A stretch of DNA of 64,000 nt, taken from positions 620,001-684,000 of the forward strand of contig JAQGDQ010000065.1 in assembly GCA_030141605.1 (NCBI GenBank). Reading direction: 5' to 3'. The notes beneath the pieces were generated by a model. It was not told the DNA's origin and made no database searches. It saw nothing but the letters and a program-made list of their open reading frames with translations. Within the stretch, counting starts at the first letter, position 1, and every line of letters begins with the position of its first letter. The DNA comes from Tubiluchus corallicola (lineage: Eukaryota; Animalia; Priapulida). Positions 43,088-57,000 of this stretch are shown in pieces. The position numbers and the translations under genes are program-made.

Positions 43088-43630
43088 CGAAATTGAATCC
43101 ATTTTCTTAAGGTTGTAAACAACTTCGAGCTCTGCCTTGTAGAATTTTTCCTTTGGTATTCCTTTACTTCAGTGCTACAAAAAAAGTAAGACCACACGTT
43201 CGGTGTCTTCTAAATAATCTAGAAATACATTTGGACCTATTTTCCCTCCGTAATTTATTTCGCCAATCACATTATCTAAATGCAAAGCATCTATTAAACT
43301 ATCTAAGGCAGGTACGGTACTCATTTGTAAGGAACGAATGGCGGAAGTCAAATATCCCACGCTGCTCACAACGGTGTTTAATATTTCGACTATTTCGTCT
43401 TTCTTTGACTGTTGCATAACTTGGTGATCTTAGACGCGTTCTTTGTTCTTTCTCTGCAATTGGTCTTACAATTCTTGAACAAGGCTTCTTGTTGTGTTCA
43501 GATTTCCGAAACCAACGATTTTAATCTGTTTTCAAGATTTTCTTGTTTACCCAATGCTGAGGGACATGTCTAAACCTGAGGCATATTTTGTTTTACAAAG
43601 CCTTAAATCTCCTATGGTCGGCCCTTTCAC
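43088..43630 (-). pseudogene. Unidentified decayed coding segment
   Basis: Protein-like helical sequence (ORF 43175-43417) continues past two stops to SKGIPKEKFYKAELEVVYNLKKMDSIS and ends at a GTAAGC donor-like site. Confidence 0.3.
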
Positions 43631-44754
43631 ATTTTGTCAGATTATCTTTACCCTTGTGTTCATAATTATAATAAAATTTTGATTATGTGATTATGTAAGA
43701 GCAAATATATCTAAATTTATGTACAGAGAATTTCAGCTCATTATGACAGCAAAGGGAAAACATGCTGTTTGGTTATAAATCAGCAAGTTCGGACTGACTT
43801 CAATTGTGCTGCCATAATAATGGAAGCTTACCGCTTGCCTGGAGGCTGACAATTTCTAGAAATCACACTGGTGGCAGGCTGTCACTTTGACAGTTGCCAG
43901 TATGATTGTGTTTAGGCTAGAGTTTTTGTAAAAAGTCTTCTTGTATCTTACTTAGTTAGGCAAGGTAATAGATGCATTTATGTGAACTAAGGTTCGGGTT
44001 TATTCCAGCTTATGACGACTAAAGATAAGTACACTGGTTCTTTTATTTTATAAATTGATGTGCACTTATCTTTATAATTTATGATATAGTATGATAGTCT
44101 AATAAGAGGTTGTAATTGTAATTTTCAACTGACGGAAACATTATTAACAATTGTGAATATGTATTGGAAGTTTGCTAGAGAATGAATTAGTACTTGCATT
44201 TGCAAAAGCTTTAAATTATGTTTACTTCTTATAAATTTCTAAGATAGAATGTTTAAATGGAAACAAATGAGTTTTAACTGAGCATTTCTCCCAGTTTACT
44301 TTGGTTGTAATAAAGTGTGAACTTACCTTTAGAATACGGAGTACGGATAAAGTCGTAACTTTCGGTTATCCTTAAAAGAGCTATCGGAAAATAAAATTGA
44401 TGTCAAAATTATGAAAAGTTAAGCTTTAAAATAATTGATATTGATTAGATAGTTTAGATTAAGAGAAATCAAAATTTTGTCATTGTATTTAAAGACACAG
44501 TTTTTCAAATACTTAGCTGAGTAATTTCTGTTACCTGTTTCTATGTGTAAACAAAATTCAAAACAGTGAATTCATGTTATAACCTCTACTTAGAATTTAT
44601 TGCAAGCTACTTATATTATATTATATATAGTAATTAGCTTAGCACTTAAGCTATACCAACGTTTGTACAAAACGCTACTGTGTGTAATTTTAATAATTGC
44701 TTTGTTTAAACTGAAATTCTTGTTTCTACCTTTCATTTTTAGCATTTATTTGAC

Positions 44755-46600
44755 TAAAATGGCTGTGGCCAGATAATACTCCCAACTGGTTCCTGGAAAT
44801 TTCAAAACTGGAGTTGTCGTCAATGCCTTATTCAGCAACACAAATGTTGCTTGCTGGACATTCCGCTGTCCATTCGAACTTACTCCCCTTCCTAGTAAGA
44901 CTAGTATGATTCAGCAATTTCTGCACAGTTATTTACAAATCGTCATTATAATAACTGCTAACTCACAGGAAAGCTTTAACTTCGCGCACAGTCTGGGCTG
45001 GTTACAGATTAGTAATGGCGGCCACTTTCTCTGGATCGATTGATACTCCACTAGAAGAAATAATGTGGCCCAAATACTTGATTTTTCTCTGCATTAATTC
45101 ACATTTTTTTAGGTCGACGAATCAAATTGGCTTCTTGCAACCTTTCCAAAACTCTCATAATATCTGCAAGCCCGTTTTATAATCTGGTGAGTGCATCATT
45201 AACTCACCAATATTTGGCAACTTGCATTTCCTGCCATCTGGCGTCAAATTAGTCGCTAATTTATCAGCTAATTCTTGAAAAGTGGAAGGTCACCGAGTCA
45301 GTCCAAAAGGCATTTTCAAGAATTTAAAATTACCCATGTGACTAGTAAATGTTGTTTGCTCTTGGCTGTGCGGTTCAACAGGTACCTGCCAATAATCTGC
45401 ACGTAAATCTAGAAGAGTAAAATACTTCGAGGCTCCTCTTAACTGATCTAAAACATCTTCTATTCCTTGGTAGGGGATACAGATTTGGGTAATTCCCCAG
45501 AATATATAACCGCATATATCTCGTATAATAAATATGTAGCCGCTTATATATCCATATAGTAAATGGTTTATTTGGTCATCAAAAGTTTTGGAACCCACTT
45601 TCGTTATAGCAAAAGGAGAGATAATAGCCCTTGCAACGGTGTGACCAAGCAGAAATATTCTCAGTTTTGCAGCTGGAAAAAGTGCAATCGCGGCTGAGCA
45701 AACAGGGAGAGAAGCAATCAGAAACAATTAAGTGGCAGCCGTCGACTTTACGTAAATCCATAGAAGGATAAAGACACGGTTTGCAAGACCAAGCCGTACA
45801 GGGTACCACTCAATTTATTGCAGGTAGTAGAGAAAGAAATAGAAGATATGTTGAAATCAGGTGTCATTGTCCCCTCTGATTTAGAATATACCAGTCCTTT
45901 ATTTTTGGTTAAGAAACGCACAGGAGATTGGCGTTGCTGGAGGTGGCGATGCTAGGACAGCTTTCTTAAACTGCTTAATTCCATTTTATAACAGTCAGCA
46001 TAAAAAGAGGTACACCGTTACTGATCTCGTCTTAAACGTTCTGGTAATGCTGTCACTCTCGTTTGACATGCCAAAAAAACAGCGCTTACTCACATGGCCC
46101 CTTTGAAACCAATGCCTACTGCTGAACACAGTGTTTCTTACCATAGTGATGGACTTAATTGTACCCTTGATCGTAATATCTGCTGGTAACTGATGGGCGT
46201 TGTTAATAGTGGACCACGCAATGCGTTATCCGTACGTCGATCCGCTGTAGATGTACAGTGTTAAATGCCTGATTGATATTCTGTTGCAGATGTGGCATTC
46301 CTCGTCAAGTACTAAATGACTATGGCACTCTGTTCGCTTCAAACTTGATCAAAGAGTTCGGGATCAACTTGTTGTTCAAGGTGTTTTCACTTTCACTAGT
46401 CCATATTCACCATCCTTAAATGGACTTGTTGAGAAATATAATGACTAAATAAGTCTATTCTATGTATAATACAACATTCCATATCTCTCCCTGGGATCTT
46501 GTGATTGATTGTGCTTTTTTCATACCGTGAAGTTCCAAAGGACTCCCAACGGGGTATAGCCCAAATGAATTTCTTTCCCTGTCAGTGTGTGATCCCCTGA
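44755..46600. mobile_element. Rearranged Gypsy pol fragments on both strands
   Basis: Minus 44755-45490: LDLRADYWQV, FLKMPFGL, KYLGHIISSSG; plus 45780-45937: KPYRVP...EIEDMLKSGVI; plus 45940-46600: integrase pieces. Confidence 0.75.
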
Positions 46601-47159
46601 CTGTAGTACATCACATACAAAGCTGTAAAAATTTAGTTCAAATTAAGAAGAAACAATATCGGTAACGAAAAGTCTAAATGGTCACACAGATAAAAACACA
46701 GGCTTACAATGAATGAGGTGATTACAACAAAATCATGTCAGGTAGTTAAAATATAAAAATATGACAAATATAACATTCAATTTAAATTTATAAGACTTAT
46801 TTGTAGACAACTATATTCAAGTATCAGTTAGTTTCATTATTTCTGCTACTGCTTTATACTATCAATCACATTGTTAGAATTAAAAATATCACATATTGAA
46901 TTAAAGTTAATATTAGTATACCGGTTTCTGATAGCATTTGGCATAGAATAAATAAGTAAATATGTAGCACATGATGTTCGGACTGTACATCAAAACCCTG
47001 TGAGATATTAAAAACCAGAAATGAAAAAAAACACTGCAATAATAAAGCAGCGGGAGAGACGAGTGAGGTACCATTTTGGGCTATATATTTATATGCTGTA
47101 CTATTTAGATCAGAAGGAGCAATATGCAAACACTATGTAGAATGTTTGTACATTAATGA

Positions 47160-47660
47160 TAATCAGTGGAAAGGTCTAAGAGCCTTTGACATTTCACACA
47201 GTTTCGATAATGTGCAAAATATTTTGTATAGTTTCTCTAGGGTACTGTCATTGGCACCATCATCATCACCACCAGCAGCAATGGTATGGTGTAGTGTGAG
47301 TAGGGTGGTTTGTTTAGTGGGTATGGTGTGGGTAGTGTGATGTGGTGGGTATGGTGGGTATGGTGTGGTGTGGTGGGTGGTGCAGTGTCGTATGGTGTCG
47401 TGTGGTAGAGTGATGTGGTGTGCTGTGGGTGGTGTGGTGAAGTGGATATATGGTTAATGTGGTTAGAGTTACGGTGGAGGTGTTGTGGTAGGTGTGAGAG
47501 GCGTGGAGTGGTATGGTAAGTTTGGCAAAGTTTGGGTAGCACAGTGTGGTGGTTGTGGATTTGGTGTAGTATGAGTGGCATGGTGTCAGTAGTGTGGCGT
47601 GGTGGTTGTGGGTTGATGTGGTGTGCTGTGGATTGTTGTGAGTTTATGTGCAAATTTTTT
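47160..47660 (-). repeat. CAC-rich dispersed repeat, copy 3
   Basis: Same GTG/CAT tracts and flank (GTGCAAAATATTTTG) as 960-1300. Confidence 0.75.
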
Positions 47661-48419
47661 GGTGGGTGCCTTTGCTAGTCATATATATTAATTTTGGTCG
47701 GTGGTATAAGCTTAATATATATATATATATATATAAGATTCGAGGCTATAGCTCCCATGACAGCATCATTTTCGGCGATCTATATATCAAATGAAAGGTA
47801 TCCATCTAGTACATGTAGTCTCACTGGTGGTTTATTTTACAAATCGGGTCCACCAGGAGGAACGGGGGCAAAAAACCTCCAAAATGGGCCCCTTTTGCCT
47901 GTTTCTTGCAAAACTGATAGCTCTTATTTCTAGAGATCGGGAATGGGCCGGGGGTGTGGTGCGTAATGGTCGGATAGCCCGTTCAACGGTGAGTACAGTA
48001 GGCATGTCTAGAATTCGGAGGAGGGCACGGTTTTCCACAATGGGCATTTTCTCAGACACAAACATCCAAATTTTGTGAAAAACTGCACGAACAACACATA
48101 GAAAAGCTCAATTTGTGCAATTTGGCCACCTTGAGAAGACACACTCGCGGAAAGGGGATGAGACGGTCTACAAGGCATGAAGGTTTCAGTAGGAAGAGAG
48201 TTCCACAAGATGAAATGGGAAGGGTGTATTTCGAAGTTCTTTTTCAACCCCCAGTGCTGCACACTGTTTGGAACACCCACTGTCTGAGTTTGAGAAATTA
48301 TGCGGCTGTTTCAGGCATTGTCATCACTTGCCGTTCTACTGTGATATAATATTGTACGTGTAGGTTCTATCATTTTTTAACCATTACCATCCGAGAAGCA
48401 ATAAGGAAAAACTATTTAG

Positions 48420-48755
48420 AATGTTCATGCGTTATTGAACATTGGTGGATGGGTCTAACAGAGTTTGTCATAGCGTACAGTTTTGAATTTTTGCAAAATA
48501 TTTTGCGTGGTTTTGCTATGCTGCTGTGATGTTGGTGTTGATGCTGTAGCTGTCATCAACATCATCATCAGCATCGTCATTATCATCATGGTCACCATGT
48601 GATGTGGTAAGTTTGGTGTGGTGTGATATGGTATGGTGTAGTTTGTCGAGTGTGGCATGTTGTGGGTGGAATGGTGTGGTGTGTTGTGGTATGGGTGGTG
48701 TGATGTGGGTTGTGTGGTGTGGTATGGTCTGTTCTTGTGAGTTTATGCGCAAAGT
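48420..48755 (-). repeat. CAC-rich dispersed repeat, copy 4
   Basis: Same tracts and flank (GGATGGGTCTAA...TTGCAAAATATTTTG) as the other copies. Confidence 0.8.
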
Positions 48756-48889
48756 ATTTTGTGGAGTTTGGCTAACTTAAAATAATTCTTATAAAATTCT
48801 GGGTGAAAAGAGGATAAACCAGCGTTTAGTTTTTAAAAAAAAAACTCATATGTAATTCATAAATTGCTGTTTCCTGTGCAACGAGTTTC

Positions 48890-48895
48890 TTTATT
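48890..48895 (-). promoter_or_regulatory. Candidate ABHD11 polyadenylation signal
   Basis: AATAAA on the minus strand about 375 nt after the stop codon. Confidence 0.45.
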
Positions 48896-49268
48896 GGCCA
48901 TGGATAGAGCAATATCTCATTTACTGTATGCAAGCTATGAATTTCATGCATTTACACATTATTATGTAAGCTATGAATTTCATGCATTTACACATTATTC
49001 TTACATCTTTTTTAAACGATGTCAACGACCAATACCTACAGTAATAATAACATTTTTGTAATTTCTTTGTACTCTATGTACAGTCAGAAGTACAATATGT
49101 AAGAACAGAACAACTGTCTTTCTTATCAAGGCAAAGTCAACATAACCTCATTGCACTAGAGTTTACAACGTTTCCATCATTGAGTAACTTGATAACATGA
49201 CTGCTGAGCTTTACAACACCTTTACAACTTCTAATTTGACAATCGATAAAAAAGAATGTCTACGCAAT

Positions 49269-49416
49269 TTACAGGCTGCTAGGCTTGTTCATAAATGGCA
49301 CTAAGATGTTCAAGACTTCCCGTGGTTTGTCTAAGTGAAGCCAATGTCCAGCTCCCTCTACATGACTAATCTCTGCACGAGGAAACAGTCGCTGCACTTC
49401 CGGATAATCTGCCTTG
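49269..49416 (-). CDS. ABHD11: ABHD11-like hydrolase, terminal coding exon
   Basis: Acceptor TTCTTTCTAG; reads (T)KADYPEVQRLFPRAEISHVEGAGHWLHLDKPREVLNILVPFMNKPSSL*, with the RLFPRA...AGHW.H catalytic-His motif; completes the phase-2 junction from 52827. Confidence 0.9.
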
Positions 49417-49699
49417 CTAGAAAGAATATGAGAATAGTACCAACACCATTACAAAATAAATTTTACAAGATTTCCCTAGAAACAACGCATAAAAACTGCG
49501 AGCGTATGATTTAAAAAAAATACAAGTTAATTTGCTAAATTAAATCTACCAGTATTCTCGATGAATTTTTGAACTACTTATAAAAGTGGTCATAGTTTAA
49601 CAAGGGACTACCATTTAAAAGAAAGAAAATTACAGACTCAGTGTCTAAGTTGAATACATAATTGGTATTATGTTATTTCGATACATGGAGGATAAACTG

Positions 49700-51890
49700 T
49701 GAACAGGTTGTTCTCTATATAGATCTACTTATAAAAAAGGGCATTCTCTACAATTAGGCTAATTCAAACGTTCATTTAATTGTGAAAAGCCTTACAATAT
49801 AGGTTAAATACTTATACGCCTGTCAACAAATCCAAGCAAGTTTCAAACGTTGCGTCTAAAACTACTGATGGTTGAAGAATTCTTAATATGTAGGGTAGTG
49901 TATTTCAGTCAACTAGCGTAGATGGAAAATGAATTATGAAAATAATCACAACGTTTCTGAAACACAGAAAAATCGGCACGATTTCTTAGTTAATAAGCAA
50001 TTAAATTTCTATTAGAATGCGATAATAGCTCATACAAAAAAGATGGACATAAGTGGTTTACTATTTTGAAAATGTTACAAGCCTGTGTAAAAATGTCTTT
50101 TGGACAGCGGATCGAACCCATTGTGGTACAATAATTTAGTTGTATTTGAGCATTTCATGGCTCTGCAGCAAATATACGCGGTGCGTTTTTGCACATTTGA
50201 AGAGATTCAGAAATGTATGATAGACCAAATCACATCAGCGTATTCAAGTACTGGACAAATATACTCACTACTTATGTTATCTGTTACGCAATCAATGAAC
50301 ACTAGAAATTTAAGATGGGGCCAAGAATGGGACTCCGCGGGATGCCAGCACATGTTGAGCTATATTCAGAACAACTGCTACTTAAGATGACTCTCAAACA
50401 GCAAATGGACAGATAGGATCCAAGCCATTTTAATAGTGCTCCAGTAATAACCTAGCTGGTTTAGTTTAAATACCAAACCCCCATTCCACTCTTGTCAAAT
50501 GTCTGCATGTCAAAAGAAACAGCCCTGACATCAAAACCATTATCGAGAATTTGATAAATATTATTGTATATTATTATGTATATCAATTGGTGAACTGACC
50601 CGTTATTGCAATGAAAACCAGATTTTCCAAAACTTTATAATCTACAATGACGTAGTTAAATAAACATTTATAAACGATTCTTTCAAGTACTTTCAATAAG
50701 CAAGATAAGAAAGATACGTGTCTGTAGCTGTTTTTTAACTGACAGTCGTCTTTTCTAAATATTGGGCTAACACATTTCGAATTTTTGGACATATTCAGGT
50801 TTGCAAAGAAATGCTAAATAATTTCGATAGAGGTGGTGTTGCTAATGCTACAGCAGTTTTCTTTAGAAATAAATTACTCATACAATTGTCACCAGAAGCC
50901 TTGAAAACATCTAGGCTTAAGAGAATACCACGAATGTAAAGCAGGGTATGCTCACAAGGTAATGCACTCAGACTTGACAAATGAGCATCAATTTTGCAAA
51001 AAAATTGTAGCGATTCGTGTACCGGATTTAGCGTTGATTGCTCACAGAGGAACTTGAACAATATAGTTGCTTTATCTTTGTCGAGAGTTATGAGTTCGTT
51101 TCCTTCCTTGAGTGGTGGAACTACAACATAATTCTTTTTTTCCTAATTAGACTTTGTAAGTTTCCACCAGGTTTTACTGGTAGTACTATTTTTTCGTAGT
51201 ACTTGCTTTTACTTTCAAAGCACGCTTTCTTAAACTCAATTCTAGACTTCTCAAAATTTTCTCTCGCGAAATTATTAAAATGTTTTTTATATTTTAACCA
51301 CTTTACATGTTTTTTCTGCGCAATTTACAACAATACATGTTAAACCAAGGCTTAACCATAGGTCTCACGGTAGCTATTGTTGAAGGGACATGACGTTTAT
51401 TAAGTCTGATATTTTACAAACATTATTTGCTTTGGACATTAGGCTTCTAACATTTGTTTGTAAGAAATGTAAAGTTTTTGTTTTGGGGATAAGACCTGGG
51501 CTACTGTGTACGTCACCACAAACAAGCACTAAAATTAAAACAATAGCAGCAATGAACTTTGATTTACCTGGACGATTGTAATGAGGCTTGTACGGAATAC
51601 TTTTCGCATGATGAAATAACAAATAAATTAAAATGTCTGATACCTGCCCTATAAACTAAAATATCAATCAATATCCCGTATGAAGGAAAAAAGTCAAAAA
51701 ATTGCACGTTCCCAGCATAAACAATAACATTATACAAAAGAGTAAATGAAGGTAGAGTTCGATACAGGTCGAAATTACAATTGTTGAAGAGTAACAAGGG
51801 GACATTTTTATACCAATCGTGGCCATTTCGGTACAAATTAGATAACAATTAAAATAAGTTATAAAACCGTTTTGCCTGAAATAAAACATA
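49700..51890 (-). mobile_element. Intronic CR1-like LINE fragments
   Basis: VCGDVHSSPG N-terminal motif, FLQTNVRSL, YRHVSFLSCLLKVLERIVY, PVLEYADVIW. Confidence 0.75.
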
Positions 51891-52826
51891 TTTTGCTTCA
51901 GAAAATGAGTGCAACCCCTGCAGAAGCAGAAGCACTTTATTATCTAACTCAAATATCGCAAGGTTTATTTTGTACCAAGTAATACAGATTAGGATTATAG
52001 CCCAAAGTAGTGCGAAGCCAATTTGGTTCGTTCTGCATATTTTTGTTCAAGAACGCATAATTTGACATCTGTGTTTGCCTTTTGTCTGTGCACAAGCAAT
52101 GCACGTCCTTTTTTGACACAACTAAACAGATTAGGTTTGGTAGACTTGGGAGTAACAAGAATAGCTAATTTAATGTAATGGAGTTGGAAATTATTGCTCC
52201 TTATACAGTTAATAGTAAAGGATAAAGTTTGTTCAGCTTGATGTAATCTTAAGTATTTTGGTGTTGTGTAGGGGTGTACGAGATCAAAGTTGCTACGGTC
52301 TCGATCCCCGAACCTCGATTCTAAACTCCATTCCCAAACATAAACTCCTGTCCCAAACCCCGCTCCCAACTTCTATTTCCATCGGACCCATTCTGCCCTC
52401 GATTCCGACCTGGAATTTTATAGTATTCGAAAAAACAATGTTTAGTTTAAGTTTTCGAGGAGTATCAAGAAAAGTGGTGTTTACCAAATCATTCATTGCT
52501 AAAATTTCGAGAGATCATAGTTTTTATTGAGATTTTAAGCAGTTCCATCGCATTTGTCGACCGCTATTTTTTAAAATGTTTAAAGTAAACACGGCTTCTT
52601 TTTTGCTGGATATACAAAGGGAGAGCGTTTTCAGTGTTTTGTGAGTGTGATAATAATGTTGGAACAATTTAAAGAAATGGATTTTCAGAAACCACTGTGA
52701 GCAAAAGACAAGAAACTATTACATGTATATAGTAGTCAAGATACGGTATGAAGTCTAAACTATAGTTTTTAGTGCTGTCGCACAATAGAATAAGTAAAGT
52801 GAACAAAATAACTGATTTTAACTTAC

Positions 52827-53011
52827 GTGAAATATTGACTCTCTGCACCACCAATAAAGAGTGCGTCTGAATGATAAGCACGATTGTAGGAAGTGAACCT
52901 GACTAAGTGCACCAAGTTATTGCCAATATTCTCAATATTACAAATCCATCCAAACTGTCTGGGTTCTAACTCCACGACATTATTTAACAGAAAACTTCTT
53001 ACCAAATCTTC
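52827..53011 (-). CDS. ABHD11: ABHD11-like hydrolase, penultimate coding exon
   Basis: Acceptor CTGTTATAG, donor GTAAGT; 185 nt, phase 0 to 2; EDLVRSFLLNNVVELEPRQFGWICNIENIGNNL...ALFIGGAESQYF. Confidence 0.9.
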
Positions 53012-54068
53012 CTATAACAGTAAGACAAATTGTAATGTTTTAGCAATGAAACAAATCATCATAATAACTGTATCTTTCAAAAAATTGCCCAAAACAAAAC
53101 CAGTGGCCACTGAGCTTAATGGGATACATGGGAGGTATCGGTTAACGTTCTTTTTGTTGTAGCTGAGGGTGTTGTTAAGAAAAACGAAACAAAAAAATAG
53201 TGATTATGTTCTTCAGCTTTAATTGAGATAAACAAAGAATGCAGCAGAACAGTACATGTGTTGCCTCATGACCTAAAATTCGTGAAATTGAGTAATTTTC
53301 ATTAATTAGGGCCATTCTGCCACATAATCCCAAACAATGCTCCAACCTTCCGACTTAGGCAAGACTGTTTGACTAACAAACAGGTGTTATTGCGCGTTCA
53401 GACTAGAAAGTTCTCCTAAAATACTAAGAAATATTACATGTCATGCACTACGAAAGAGCTACGAAAATTTATAAAAATATAATAAAACATATACAGAGTT
53501 TAAATACAAAGCATCAGTTAAAAATGTTGCCAACAAAAACTTCTCGTTTTATTTTTCTCAATTTTATTGACTGTAAGAATAACTTTCATTACAATTTTTA
53601 GTTCCTAACAATGTCTTTAATGCTAAATCTTCTTTTTTTGTACTGCTGTATAAGGTATTATTGTATTCACACTAAATAACAGCTGAGCCAAAGAATAATA
53701 AAGTTTAGTCAACAAAAGTTAGAAATAAATCTCACTCAATAAAAAGAATACATTGTATACTACAACAAGTCGCAAGATTCCTGGCTAGTATATACGCTTT
53801 TGTACGGAGCCGCCGAAGGGATATAATTTGTATAATTCGTGCGTACGAAATACTAGTTCGTGGCCACGAATTACTAAAAGTTGTGTTAAAACACCGTAAT
53901 GATTTTATTACTTAAATTTGTTTTACATTCACTTTTAAGGAAATTGTTTTGTGTATAGGGTACATTAAAATCAATTTTGCATAGTTATAACACTTCTTCT
54001 CTGAAGGAACCATGAAACCCAAAGTGTAAATTAGTATTCTGTGAGCACGAATTTGTATTTCGTACACA

Positions 54069-57000
54069 CTACTATACTATAGAACATTCTACAATATTCT
54101 AGTGGATCTCCAAAACACCTCCTCACTGAAACTGATGCTACCTCGAAAGCATCAGCAACAAAGTCTCTCTCTCAGCTTGGGTGTTCTCTTGGATTGTCTG
54201 GGGTTGTCCGGTCCATACTCTGGCACAGGCGGCTTGGTCTCGGGCATGGGCAGAGGTGCTCTCCTTGCTTCAGAGTTTCTAACAGTTCTTCCAGGATCTC
54301 CATTGGATGATCAGGTGGAAGCTCAAAAAAAAGTTCGTCTCATCACCAGGTTCATAGTCCTCCGCAAAAGCATAGTGCGGACGTAGCTGTTCCCAATGTC
54401 GTCTCCACATTGGACCATGAAGAAGGACCTTAACGTTGAAGCAGCGAGTACCCAGAGACTTCTTGATGACCGCTGGTACCCATAGGGGATGTCCGTCTCG
54501 GCGAGATCCATAGTACAGTGCATAGAAAGGCTCCCCAGCCTTGTACTGCTTGGTGACCTTGGCGACACCTCCCGAGTCTGGAGTTGACCCCTTGGATTGC
54601 TTGCCCTGAGCGGTGTGCACTGGCGAGGGTAGCAGAGAGTCGATCCTTGTCCATATCTGCCGAGACATCAAGAGTTCACTCGGAGAGAATCCACAGGATG
54701 TCGGTGTTCTTCGGTACTGCACCAGGAACTCTTGAAGAGCTCGTTTCGGGGCCAGAGAAGACTTCCCGAGTGCTTGCTTGAATGTCTGCACTAAGAGTTC
54801 TGCTGCTCCGTTGATAGCTGGATGGTATGGTGCTCCTGTGAGATGTGTGATCCCACATTCTTTGCACCAGTTCTGGAACTCTACAGACACATTGATACAT
54901 TGCCTGTGACCAGCGTGTGAGGGAATCCGAAGTGAGTGAAGTCCTCTTCCAGTAGATCTAGAGTGGTTCTAGTGGACGTGGAAGACGTAGGGTGAATGCA
55001 TGGATACTTTGAGTAAGCATCCGTTATCACCAGCCAGTTCATACCGATGAAATTAATGCCGTGATCTAGGTGTAAGCGGCTATATGGCTGCTCTGGTAGC
55101 TTCCATTGAGGAACTGCAGGCTTGTATGGCTTGTTTTGATATGCGGTTGACCTAAGATCTTGGACTGCAGGCTCTGTGGAATCAAAACTCTTGATCCATG
55201 GATGAGGCAACCTTGGCAGATGCTGAGTGAGTCCGACAACTTCCGGAACTTTTCGACTTCTTCATTGATCTCAGAATGCTTGGGCGGCCACTCTTCTCGG
55301 ACGTAGCGCATGACAGTAGCTAGCACTGGATCTTTCCGACACTTGTCGTAGGCGTCCACAGGCTTGACTTGAAGACTGAGAACTTTGATGGCACACTGTT
55401 AGCATCCACAGGCTTGACTTGAAGACTGAGAACTTTGATGGCACACTGTTAGCATCCACAGGCTTGACTTGAAGACTGGGAACTTCATGTCCATGTCTTC
55501 ACCATGGGCACATACCATGTCCATGTCTTCACCCTTTTCCTCCCTGTCGAAGTCATTGTTGTCTCCAGATGGCAAGCGACTAAGGGCATCTGCATTGCCG
55601 TGATCTGCTGTTTTGGGGTACTTGATGGTGTAGTCAAACTGGTTCAGCTACAGGGCCCACCGAACTAGACGATTAGCTGCAAGAAGTGGTGTCCCTTTCT
55701 TCGGTCGGAAGAGTGATGTCAGTGGCTCGTGATCTGTCACCAGTATGAAATGACATCTGTAGATGTATTGGTAGAATTTCCGCAAGCCGAAAACGATGGC
55801 TAGGGCTTCTTCGTGGAAATGGCTGTAGTTCCTTTCTGCAGCCGTGAGAGTCTTGGACACATTGGGCGCTCGCTATCGTCCGGATAGCGATGAAACAGGA
55901 CAGCTCTAATTCCACAATGTTGGACACGTCACAAGCCAATCCCAGAGGTTGTCTGGGTTGAAATGCACAAGGACTTGATCTGAGGATAGCACATTTTTCA
56001 ACAGTTCAAATGCTGTTTGCTCCTCATCTCCCCACTTTCAGGGGACTGTCTTCTTGGTCAGGTGGTAAAGAGGCTCTGCCATAGTAGCCAGGTTTGGGAT
56101 GAACTTCCCGTAGAATTGAACCGAGCCCAAGAAAGACTTCAAGCTTGAGATGTCTGTAAGAGATGGCATCTTCATGACTGCCTCGACCTTGGATCCTTTT
56201 GCAACTCCTTCGGCTGATAGGGTACGTCCAAGATATTCGACACTTGGTTGTGTGAACAAGTTTTTTCACGACGACATGAGTCCTTTGTCATTCAGACAAG
56301 TGAGCAAGCATCTCAGGTGGTCATTGGCGTCTTGCCCGCTGACGAGTATATTGTCGTGGAAGATGGCAACTCCAGGCAAATCAGTGGTAACCAGGCGCTG
56401 ACTTGATTCCGAAAGGGAGTCATTGCTGCAGGAGTATCCCACGGTGGGTATTGAGAGTTAGCCTGCATTGGCTCGCAGGTGCCAGCTTAATCTGGTTGTA
56501 GGCATCAGCAAGGTCGATCTTCATGTAGCCGCATCCGCCTCCCAGCTTCTGCATCAGTTCCTCTGGGAGTGGCATTGGGTGACGGTAGTCCTCCAGCTGA
56601 TCGTTGATACCGACTGAGTAGTCACCACAGATCCTCTGCAACTTGGGCTTCTGAGTGCCCGGAGTGTAAGCTTTACGAATCTGTACCACTGGCGTTCCGT
56701 ATGCTGGACTGGCTTCCAGACACCTTTGGCGATGCCTTCTTCGTTACCTTTGGCCAGGCCATCACGAAGAGCGAATTGAACAGGTCGTGCCTTGTGAAAA
56801 ACCGGCTTCGCATCAGACTTGAACTTCACTTTCAGCTCGAAGTCCTTAAGACACCCCAATTCTTCTTTGAAGCGATCTGGGAACTCGTTGCAGGGAAGCA
56901 CAAGACATGTCAGAGGTCTTCGGACATAACATTTTTACACCCTCGCTCTTGTCTTGACTCTCTCTTCTGCTCAGTCCTAGAGCACTGTCCATAGAAATTC

